The notes beneath the pieces are model-generated. The model did no database searches. It was not told the origin of the DNA and saw nothing but the letters and a program-made list of their open reading frames with translations. The position numbers and the translations under genes are program-made. From assembly GCA_038320275.1 (NCBI GenBank), contig JBBQEB010000135.1, positions 1 through 10,563 on the forward strand: a stretch of 10,563 bases of DNA. The letters run 5' to 3'. This document shows positions 1 to 6,978 of this stretch, piece by piece; the first letter of the stretch is position 1; each line of letters begins with the position of its first letter. Origin of the DNA: Myxococcales bacterium (lineage in GTDB: Bacteria > Myxococcota > Myxococcia > Myxococcales > Anaeromyxobacteraceae).

Positions 1-591
1 AACGTCGAGCTCCAGCGCGGCCAGCGCGCCGAAGGGGCCCGCCACGGTGAAGGCCGGCACCGTGCCGAGCTCGGCCCGGAGCGCCGCCGCGCGGGACGCC
101 TCCCCCACCGCCGACGCCGCGCCCGCGCGGGCGGCCCGCGCGCGCAGGGCCGCCGGCCCGCGCAGGCGGCCGGCAGCGAGAGCCTCCCCCAGCCCCTTCT
201 CGACGGCGGCGGCGAGGGGCGGCGAGCCTCCCGCGAGCTCGCCCAGCCGGCGCGCGGCGACGGGAGCGAGGGCGTGGTCCGGCGCTCCCTGCAAGAGGGC
301 GAGGAGCGCGGCGACCTCCCCGGCGTCGTCGAGCGCGCGGCGCGCGCACACGGCCGCGCCGAGCCGGGCCCACGGGTCGTCCCCGTCGCGGCGGACCGCG
401 GCGGTGAAGCGCCGCTCGGCGAGAGCGGGGTCGCCGCGGAGCAGGAGCGCCTCGAAGCCCGCCGCGGCGAGGTCGTGCGCCGAGGCGTCCGCGGCGCCTG
501 CCGCCCGCGCGCCGCGGGCGAGCGGGTCTCCCGCGCTGGCGCAGGCCAGCGCGAGGCCGAGGGCGAGGAGGAGCGAGGGGGTGCCGCGCAC
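1..591 (-). CDS. Predicted lipoprotein, N-terminal 197 codons only (runs off the left edge); helical/TPR-like; probable partner of the upstream DUF3857 protein
   Basis: Translated by hand. GTG at 591-589 lies 2 nt after the TAA (596-594) of the upstream gene. Reads MRGTPSLLLALGLALAC-ASAGDPLARGARAAGAADASAHDLAAAGFEALLLRGDPALAERRFTAAVRRDGDDPWARLGAA..., with a hydrophobic core and lipobox LALA-C (Cys17). Codons end mostly in G/C. Missing from the ORF track because its stop is outside the window. Confidence 0.85.
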   Translation of the reverse strand, partial: MRGTPSLLLALGLALACASAGDPLARGARAAGAADASAHDLAAAGFEALLLRGDPALAERRFTAAVRRDGDDPWARLGAAVCARRALDDAGEVAALLALLQGAPDHALAPVAARRLGELAGGSPPLAAAVEKGLGEALAAGRLRGPAALRARAARAGAASAVGEASRAAALRAELGTVPAFTVAGPFGALAALELDV

Positions 592-593
592 GG

Positions 594-3500
594 TTACCTG
601 GAGGCCTGGCGGCCGGCGTCGGGCGCGAGCGCGCGCACGGGGCGCGCGAGAGCGAGGTCGATCTCGGAGAGGAGCTCGCGAAAGGCTGGATAGTCGGCCG
701 CGCTCACCCGGGAGGCGAGGAGCGTGAGGTGCGCCTCGGCCACCAGCGCCCCATTCTCTTCCCGCCACGCCGCCTCGAAGGTCGCCTGCGGCGAGGCGAG
801 GCGCACCGGCGCGGGCAGCTCCGCCAGCCGCCAGCCGGGCGGGAGCGCGAAGCGGTAGGACAGGCGCGTCTCCCAGGGGCCCCCGGTGACGAGGTCGTGG
901 ACTCGCGAGGAGAGCGGCGCCAGCGCCTCGGCGTACCGGTGCTCCCCGCCGAAGGGAGCGATGCGGAGCGCGCCGACCTCCGGCTCCGCGGTGCGCGGCG
1001 TAGCCAGGGTGAAGCGAATCGCCACGTCCTCCTCGGTGTGGGAGAGATCGGAGACCGACACCTCCTTCACCGTCAGGCCGGGGAAGCCGTGGGCCAGGGA
1101 GGCTTCCAGCACCGCCCGGCGGTCGCCTTCGGCGGCGTAGGCGCGCCGGTAGCTCGGAGCCTGCGCGCCGGCCACGCGCCGCTCCCCGTGGACGATCGCG
1201 CTTCCGTCCGGCGCGAGCGCGATCCGGTACTGGCTCTCGGTGCGATTGTCCTCGGGCCGGGCCTCGGGGACGGTGGTGAAGCGCGCCGGCTCTCCGGGAT
1301 TCACCACGAGTACCGCCGCGCCGCGATCCTCCCCGGGCAACTCGCGCGAGCCGGAGTACGAGGCGGTGCCGTCGAGCCACAGGTCGAAGCGGGGCACGTA
1401 CAGGATGGCGTGGTTGAAGACGGAGAGGGACGCAGGCCACTCGGGGATGCGGCCGAGCCTCCGCATGCGGAGCAGGACGAGGCGGGAGTCGATGCCGAGC
1501 GCCTCCAGCAGGGCATGGGAGAGGCTCGCCTTGTCCTTGCAGTCGCCGAACCGGCGCTGGAGGATCTGATCGACGCGGTAGGGCTTGAAGCCGTGGATGC
1601 CGAGCTCCAGGGCGACGTAACGGATGTTCGTGACGACGAAATGATGCACCGCCTGCACGAGCGCGAGCGCGTCGCCCGAGGCAGGATCCCCTGCCGCCCG
1701 GCGGCGGGCGAGCACCTCCGCCCGCAGCCGCTCCGCGACCGCGCGCACCTCGGCCGTGGGCGCCACCGCCTCACGCACCAGCCCCCAGTAGAAGCGCGCG
1801 ACGTCGTCCCAGCTCTCGTAGGTGGAGACGTGGACGATGGGGGCCACCTCGCTCCAGCCTGGCATCCCGGGCTCGGGGTGGAGCGCCGGGAGGTCGCGCG
1901 CGCTCCATCGGTGCTCGACCTCACCGTCCGGGAGCTGCCGCTCCGTGCGCGCGACGCCGGGCTGCTCCGGCCGGGAGGCGAAGATGCGGCGGCCGGGCGG
2001 CACGAGCAGGACGTAGTCGGCGCGCGCCCGGCGCGTCCCGTCCGCCAGCGGGATCACCTCCCCGAAGGAGTCCGCGAGGAGGTTCTCGCTCGCCACGTCA
2101 TCTTTCCGGACGGCGAGCTCCAGCAGGTCGCCCGGCGCAAGCGCCGGAAACGAGAGCTGCCGCGTTCGCTCGTCGTAGTAAAGGCGGTACCAGGGCTCGC
2201 TCGAGCTGTGGTCGCTCTCGCCATGGCCATCCACCACCGAGCCGTCCGGTTTCACGATGCGCGCGCGCTCGACGCGCAGCTCCTGCCGGTCGGGCACGTA
2301 CGAGACGGCGTACCCACGCCAGGCGTCCACTCCGCGACGGGTGAGCACTTTCACCACCAGCTGCGTGAACCGCGAGGAGAGGCCGGACGGGAAGACCTTC
2401 GTCACCTCCAGCGCACCGAGGACGACCGCGTCCTCGCCCGGCGCCGTGGGCGGAGCGGCCTTCGCGAGCGCCCGTGCATCGAGGAGGTAGGGCGCCTCGA
2501 AGCGCTCGCGAGCGGGCTCGAGCGCGCGCACCAGCTCCTTGATGTGCGGGCTCTGCGGCTTCAGCTCCAGCGCGGCCTCCAGATCCGCGAGGGCCGGGAC
2601 GGGGTGCCCGCCGCGCAGCCGCGCCAGACCGCGCCGCTCGCGCACGTCGGCCTCCTCGGGGCAGAGGCGCAGGGCCTCGGCGTAAGCGCGCTCCGCCTCG
2701 TCGAGCCGGCCATTCGAGGCGAGGAGGTCCGCGAGCCGCAGTCGGGGCGCGAGATCGGCGGGATCGAGCCGGATGGCGTCTCCGAGGAGGCGGAGCGCGC
2801 CGCCGAGGTCGCCCTTGTCGAGGAGCAGCGCCACCAGGGACGCCCGGGCGGCCGCATCGTCGTGCCGCAGCTCGAGCCCACGGCGCAGCAGCGCGGCCGC
2901 CTCGTCGAGCCGGTCCTGCGAGCGCGCAGCGCGCGCCCCCGCCAGCACGGCGCCGGGGTGGTCCGGCTCGTCGCGTCCCAGCGCCGCCCGGATGGCCCGC
3001 GCCCTGGCCCCAAAACCGGCCGCCTCGTCCAGATCGGCGCGCGCGAGCCGCGCCGGAACGGAGCGCGGGGCCGCCAGGATCGCCCGGTCGAGGAGCCGCT
3101 TCGCGGGAAACAGCCGCCCCTTTCCCAGCTCCTCCGCCCCGCGCGCGAGGAGCGCCTCCGCGTCGCCGGGCGCGGCCGCCAGCGCTGCGTCGAGGTGTCC
3201 GCGCCGGGCGTTGCCCTCGCCCTCCAGCCGGGCGGCCAGGAGCTCCGCGCGAACCCAGCCAGGCGCGAGCCGAGCCGCCGCCCGCGCCTCCTCGGCGGCT
3301 CGGCCCTCGCGGTCGTCGCCCGGCCTGCGTTCCGCGAGCGCGATGGCGAGGTCGAGGTGAGCCCGGGCGGCCGCCGCGCCGCTCGCCACCCGCGCCCTGT
3401 GCTCGAAGAAGGTGATCGCGCCCGGCAGGAGCTTCGGGCGCTCGGCCGCGGGACTGCCCGGGGGCGGCAGGGGCGGGAGCGGTGCCGTCTGCACGGAGCC

Positions 3501-4337
3501 GAGCCGCAGCGGCCGCTCGGCCGGGTCGGAGAGGCGGGCGAAGAGGCCGAGCCGGCCCTCGGCGTGGCAGAGCTTCACCAGGATGCGGTTCGGCCCGGCG
3601 CGAAGCCCGACCTCCACCGCCGCCTGGTCGAGCCGGGCGGGATGGTAGGTGGGATCCGCGAGCACGAGGGCACCGTTCACGAACACCTTCACCGCGCCGC
3701 TCGCCCCGAGCCGCAGCCGCACGCGCCGCGCGCGCGGCGACTCCACCACCGCGAGCGCGTACACCACCACGTCGCGCGCCGGCCGGACCGCCGCGCCGAG
3801 GTGCGCGAAGCCGGTGGAGAGCGCCTCCGGTGGCAGCGGCCGCCAGCCCACCTCGCGAACCTTGCCCGGGAAACGCGCCCCGAGGTCCTGGGCGCGCTCG
3901 GGAGGAAAGACCCGGTCGAAGCCGCTCCTCCCGTCGTTGTCGAACGGCCCCGCGACGCTCCAGCCTCCCAGGAAGGCGAGCTCGTGCAGCGCCGCTGCAG
4001 CGACCCCGTCGCGCCCGCGCGCGCGCTCCACCGCGGCGAGCCGCATGTTCGCGGCGCCGCGCACCTCCGGGTGAGCCCGGGGGTCGGCGGACAGCGCACG
4101 GTAGGCGCGCGCGAGCGGCCCGAGGTCGCGCAGGTCGGCTTCGAGAGCCTCGAGCTCCGCCAGCGGGACGAAGGCGCGAGGCGTTGCGTGGTCGCGGGCG
4201 AGCTCCCGGGCGAGCTCGGCGGCGCGCGCGGCGCTGGGGTCTTCGGCGGGAGCTGGAGCGGAAGCCGGGGCGACCCCGCTCGCCTGCGCGAGCGGCGCGG
4301 CCCACAGCAGGGCGAGGAGGACGGCGCGGGCGCGCAT
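594..4337 (-). CDS. Exported multidomain protein (1247 aa): signal peptide, beta-sandwich (galactose-binding/PA14-like) domain, TPR array, DUF3857, transglutaminase-like core, DUF3858-like C-terminus
   Basis: Likely start is ATG 4337 (MRARAVLLALLWAAPLAQA, a Sec signal peptide), not 4538, which overlaps comF. Beta-sandwich motifs WSVAGPFDN...VKVFVNG...GPNRILVKL. TPR-like helices (e.g. LADLLASNGRLDEAERAYAEALRLCPEE). DUF3857-like segment (VERARIVKPDGSVV...LSFPALAPGDLLE). Transglutaminase-like motifs IRYVALELG...GDCKDKA...FNHAI...WLDGT. Confidence 0.9.
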   Translation of the reverse strand: MRARAVLLALLWAAPLAQASGVAPASAPAPAEDPSAARAAELARELARDHATPRAFVPLAELEALEADLRDLGPLARAYRALSADPRAHPEVRGAANMRLAAVERARGRDGVAAAALHELAFLGGWSVAGPFDNDGRSGFDRVFPPERAQDLGARFPGKVREVGWRPLPPEALSTGFAHLGAAVRPARDVVVYALAVVESPRARRVRLRLGASGAVKVFVNGALVLADPTYHPARLDQAAVEVGLRAGPNRILVKLCHAEGRLGLFARLSDPAERPLRLGSVQTAPLPPLPPPGSPAAERPKLLPGAITFFEHRARVASGAAAARAHLDLAIALAERRPGDDREGRAAEEARAAARLAPGWVRAELLAARLEGEGNARRGHLDAALAAAPGDAEALLARGAEELGKGRLFPAKRLLDRAILAAPRSVPARLARADLDEAAGFGARARAIRAALGRDEPDHPGAVLAGARAARSQDRLDEAAALLRRGLELRHDDAAARASLVALLLDKGDLGGALRLLGDAIRLDPADLAPRLRLADLLASNGRLDEAERAYAEALRLCPEEADVRERRGLARLRGGHPVPALADLEAALELKPQSPHIKELVRALEPARERFEAPYLLDARALAKAAPPTAPGEDAVVLGALEVTKVFPSGLSSRFTQLVVKVLTRRGVDAWRGYAVSYVPDRQELRVERARIVKPDGSVVDGHGESDHSSSEPWYRLYYDERTRQLSFPALAPGDLLELAVRKDDVASENLLADSFGEVIPLADGTRRARADYVLLVPPGRRIFASRPEQPGVARTERQLPDGEVEHRWSARDLPALHPEPGMPGWSEVAPIVHVSTYESWDDVARFYWGLVREAVAPTAEVRAVAERLRAEVLARRRAAGDPASGDALALVQAVHHFVVTNIRYVALELGIHGFKPYRVDQILQRRFGDCKDKASLSHALLEALGIDSRLVLLRMRRLGRIPEWPASLSVFNHAILYVPRFDLWLDGTASYSGSRELPGEDRGAAVLVVNPGEPARFTTVPEARPEDNRTESQYRIALAPDGSAIVHGERRVAGAQAPSYRRAYAAEGDRRAVLEASLAHGFPGLTVKEVSVSDLSHTEEDVAIRFTLATPRTAEPEVGALRIAPFGGEHRYAEALAPLSSRVHDLVTGGPWETRLSYRFALPPGWRLAELPAPVRLASPQATFEAAWREENGALVAEAHLTLLASRVSAADYPAFRELLSEIDLALARPVRALAPDAGRQASR

Positions 4338-4342
4338 GGGGC

Positions 4343-4348
4343 AGTCTA
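4343..4348 (-). promoter_or_regulatory. Candidate sigma-70 -10 element (TAGACT) positioned for leaderless transcription of the DUF3857 gene
   Basis: Minus strand reads ...GGTTAGACTGCCCC-ATG. This is a TANNNT hexamer 5 nt before ATG 4337, with no Shine-Dalgarno sequence at the normal distance. Confidence 0.5.
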
Positions 4349-4380
4349 ACCGGCGTCCCGCCGAGATGCGTACACCGCGG

Positions 4381-5247
4381 TCAGTCGGCGCGCGCCAGCG
4401 CCAGCACGCGGACGGAGCGCGCGCCCGCCGCGAGGAGCGCCTCGGCGCAGGCCCTCGCGGTGGCGCCGGTGGTGACGACGTCGTCCACCAGCACCACGTC
4501 CCGCCCCTGCACGGCCGGACTCCCGCGGAACGCTCCACGCACGTTGCCCAGCCGCTCGGTGCGGGTCCGGCCCACCTGCGGCGCGGTCTCGCGCGTCCGG
4601 ACGAGCGCCCCCGGAAGGAAGCGCGCGCCGGGTGCGCTCCGGGCCAGGGAGCGTGCGAGGAGCGCCGCCTGATCGTAGCCGCGGTCGAGCCTCCGTCGCC
4701 GGCCGAGCGGCACCGCGACGATCCACGAGGGCTGTGCCCTCGCCCCGGGCAGTAAAGCTGCCTGAGGCCCGGCGGCGGCTCCTTCGGCGCGGATGCTCGC
4801 TGCGCTCGCGGCCGCCGGCTTCGCAGCTTCGGAAGCGGGGCTCACGCCCCTCGACGCTCGCAGGGTCCCACACTCGCTTTGTTCGCTGTCCCCGTAGGCA
4901 GGGCTTCGCCCTCCCCAGGTCCGATGGGCGAGCCAGGCTCCCAGCGGCCGGGCCAGCGCGGGCCGCCCGCCGTACTTGAGCGCGTGCACCGCGTCGGCGA
5001 GCGGGCCGCCGAAGAGCCCGCCGGCTGCGAGCGAGGTGAACGCGGGCGGGTCGGCATGGCAGCCTCCGCAGAGCGCGTCCGGCCCGGGCAGCCCACATCG
5101 TCGACAGCCAGGGGGGACCGCGTCGACCGCCTCCCGGCAGACCGGGCAGAAGGGCTCCTCCGCGGTCGAGCGAAGCCCCTCACCGCAGGCCGCGCAGCGC
5201 GGCGGATAGAGGAGGTCGAGGACTGCGCCGAGGACGCGGGCGGCCAC
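4381..5247 (-). CDS. comF: ComF family protein (double zinc ribbon + phosphoribosyltransferase-like domain), 288 aa, with an internal in-frame insertion
   Basis: LDLLYPPRCAAC...CPVC...CRRC...CGGC (four CxxC), ALKYGG, VPLGRRRRLDRGYDQA (RGFNQ-like) and the PRPP-binding motif VLVDDVVTTGAT. GTG start is 2 nt after the gpmI stop. Confidence 0.93.
   Translation of the reverse strand: MAARVLGAVLDLLYPPRCAACGEGLRSTAEEPFCPVCREAVDAVPPGCRRCGLPGPDALCGGCHADPPAFTSLAAGGLFGGPLADAVHALKYGGRPALARPLGAWLAHRTWGGRSPAYGDSEQSECGTLRASRGVSPASEAAKPAAASAASIRAEGAAAGPQAALLPGARAQPSWIVAVPLGRRRRLDRGYDQAALLARSLARSAPGARFLPGALVRTRETAPQVGRTRTERLGNVRGAFRGSPAVQGRDVVLVDDVVTTGATARACAEALLAAGARSVRVLALARAD
4726..4917. repeat. Hairpin-rich palindromic element (REP/RPE/MITE-like) inserted in frame within comF; boundaries approximate
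   Basis: Plus-strand inverted repeats: CGAGGGC-TGT-GCCCTCG (4726-4742), GGCAG-TAAAG-CTGCC (4748-4762), CCGGCGGC...GCCGCCGG (4769-4776/4811-4818), GCTTC-G-GAAGC (4826-4836), GGGGC-TCAC-GCCCC (4837-4850), AGGGC-TTC-GCCCT (4900-4912). Encodes a peptide that does not resemble ComF, between LGAWLAHR and IVAVPLG. Confidence 0.65.
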
Positions 5248-5249
5248 CT

Positions 5250-6800
5250 TCAGCGGACCACCAGCCCGAGGCCCTTCATCTCCTTGGGCTGGGGGAGGCC
5301 CATGACCTGGAGGCAGGTGGGCGCCACGTCCGCCAGGATCCCCTCGGCCCGCAGCTTTGCCCCGCGGAAGTCGGGGTGCGCGAGGATGAACGGAACCGGA
5401 CCGAGGGTGTGGGCCGTGTGCGGCTGCCCGGTGACGGGATCGGTCATGAGCTCACAGTTGCCGTGGTCGGCCGTGACGAGCATCGCCATCCCGGCAGCGC
5501 TCGCGGCGGCCCAGAGCCGGCCGACGCACCCGTCGACGAACTTCACCGCCTCCACCGCCGCCGCGAGGATCCCGGTGTGCCCGACCATGTCGGGGTTCGC
5601 GAAGTTCACCAGGATGAAGCCGTACTTCCTCGTGGCGATGGCCTCGACCAGCTTGTCGGTGACCTCGCCCGCGCTCATCTCCGGCTTCTCGTCGTAGGTC
5701 TTCACCTCGCGCGGGCTGGGCACGAGGATGCGGTCCTCGCCGGGAAAGCTCGCCTCCCGGCCACCGTTGAAGAAGAAGGTGACGTGCGCGTACTTCTCCG
5801 TCTCGGCGCAGCGGAGCTGGGCCAGCCCGGCGCGGGAGACCAGTTCCGGAAAGATCTCGGTGGGCTGGTCGGGCCCGTAGGCGACGGGGAGCCCGAAGGT
5901 CCGGTCGTACTCCGTCATGCAGGCGTAGTACGCGAGCGCCGGCCGGGGCCGGGCGTCGAACTCGGCGAAGCCCTCGGCGGTGAAGGCGCGCGTGATCTCG
6001 CGGGCGCGATCGGAGCGGAAGTTGAAGAAGATGATCCCGTCGCCGTCGCGCACGCGCCCGACCGCCTCGCCCGCCCCGTCGACGACGGCGGTGGGCTTCA
6101 CGAACTCGTCCGTCTCGCCGCGGGCGTAGGCCTGCTCCACCGCCGCCACTCCGCGCGCCGCCTTGTAGCCCTCGCCCCGCACCATGGCGCGGTACGCGAG
6201 GGCGACGCGGTCCCAGCGCTGGTCGCGGTCCATCGCGAAGTAGCGCCCGCAGACCGTGGCCACCTTGCCGTAGCCCGTCGCGCCCAGCCGCTTCTCGAAG
6301 GCCTGCAGGTACCCGAGCCCGCTCGCCGGCGGCGTGTCGCGGCCGTCGAGGAAGGCGTGCACGAAGGCGCGTGGGACGCCCTCGCGCCGGGCGAGCTCGA
6401 GGCAGGCGTGGAGGTGGTCGACGTGGCTGTGCACGCCGCCGTCGGAGAGGAGCCCCATGAAGTGGATCGTGCCGCTGCCCCCCTTCGCCCGGCGCACCGC
6501 CTCCAGCAGCACGGGGTTCTGGAAAAAGGAGCCGTCCTCCACCGCTCGGTTGATGCGGACGAGGTCCTGGTAGACGATCCGGCCCGCGCCGAGGTTGGTG
6601 TGTCCCACCTCGGAGTTGCCCATCTGGCCTTCGGGCAGTCCGACCGAGAGACCGCTGGTCTTCAGCGCGGACGTCGGGAACTCGCCCGCCAGGGCGGCCA
6701 TGTTGGGCGTCCCGGCGATGGCGATGGCGTTCGCCTCGCGCTCGGCGCGCAGGCCCCAGCCATCGAGGACGACGAGGAGTACGGGGCGAAGCTTCGGCAT
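5250..6800 (-). CDS. gpmI: 2,3-bisphosphoglycerate-independent phosphoglycerate mutase (516 aa)
   Basis: Signature motifs LDGWG, GQMGNSEVGH (catalytic Ser), LSDGGVHSH, LDGRDT, GRYFAMDRD, NFRSDR, AETEKYAHVTFFFNGG, NPDMVGHTG, TADHGNCE, HTAHT. GAGG RBS at 6811-6808. Confidence 0.98.
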   Translation of the reverse strand: MPKLRPVLLVVLDGWGLRAEREANAIAIAGTPNMAALAGEFPTSALKTSGLSVGLPEGQMGNSEVGHTNLGAGRIVYQDLVRINRAVEDGSFFQNPVLLEAVRRAKGGSGTIHFMGLLSDGGVHSHVDHLHACLELARREGVPRAFVHAFLDGRDTPPASGLGYLQAFEKRLGATGYGKVATVCGRYFAMDRDQRWDRVALAYRAMVRGEGYKAARGVAAVEQAYARGETDEFVKPTAVVDGAGEAVGRVRDGDGIIFFNFRSDRAREITRAFTAEGFAEFDARPRPALAYYACMTEYDRTFGLPVAYGPDQPTEIFPELVSRAGLAQLRCAETEKYAHVTFFFNGGREASFPGEDRILVPSPREVKTYDEKPEMSAGEVTDKLVEAIATRKYGFILVNFANPDMVGHTGILAAAVEAVKFVDGCVGRLWAAASAAGMAMLVTADHGNCELMTDPVTGQPHTAHTLGPVPFILAHPDFRGAKLRAEGILADVAPTCLQVMGLPQPKEMKGLGLVVR

Positions 6801-6817
6801 GGGATGACCTCGGGCGA

Positions 6818-6847
6818 GCGGCGGGAGCTCTTCACGGCTCCCGCTGC
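6818..6847. promoter_or_regulatory. Inverted repeat in the gpmI 5' leader / divergent gpmI-DUF885 intergenic region
   Basis: GCGGCGGGAGC-TCTTCACG-GCTCCCGCTGC: perfect 8-bp core (6821-6828/6837-6844), 10 of 11 positions complementary, 6 nt from the gpmI RBS. Confidence 0.5.
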
Positions 6848-6866
6848 GAACGGGATTTCGGGCGGT

Positions 6867-6895
6867 GTCTTAGGCGCCCCCGCGCCCGCGCACAA
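6867..6895 (-). promoter_or_regulatory. Weak candidate sigma-70-type promoter for gpmI-comF
   Basis: Minus strand TTGTGC-N17-TAAGAC. Spacing is canonical but each hexamer matches the E. coli consensus at only about 3 of 6 positions. Confidence 0.3.
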
Positions 6896-6978
6896 CGCGC
6901 CCGGCGCGTCGGAAAGCAAGGCGCGCGCCGCGGCCCCCAGCGCTAGAACCCCGCCCTCCAACCCAGGAGCGCCCGCGC

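Noticed and set aside
47..727. Plus-strand ORFs 47-727 and 274-693
   Set aside because: They are antisense shadows of the minus-strand lipoprotein gene that starts at 591.
729..4349. 1206-aa plus-strand ORF, and the 735-aa alternative-frame ORF 2098-4305 (-)
   Set aside because: Antisense and alternative-frame shadows of the DUF3857 gene. They are rich in Arg/Gly/Pro/Ala with no recognisable motifs, as expected at this GC content.
4338..4538. 67-codon N-terminal extension of the DUF3857 ORF in the ORF track
   Set aside because: It overlaps the comF 3' end in another frame. ATG 4337 gives a clean signal peptide and has a -10-like hexamer upstream.
4723..4917. TGG at both ends of the comF insert (4917-4915 and 4725-4723) as a 3-bp target-site duplication
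   Set aside because: Three bases can match by chance. Precise removal would leave WLAHRT-WIVAVPLG, a loop that looks shorter than usual for ComF. The ends need an empty-site orthologue to define.
4726..4917. comF insert as an intein, group I/II intron or tRNA
   Set aside because: No intein termini (no C-terminal His-Asn before Cys/Ser/Thr), no recognisable intron core or terminal motifs, and no T-loop or cloverleaf.
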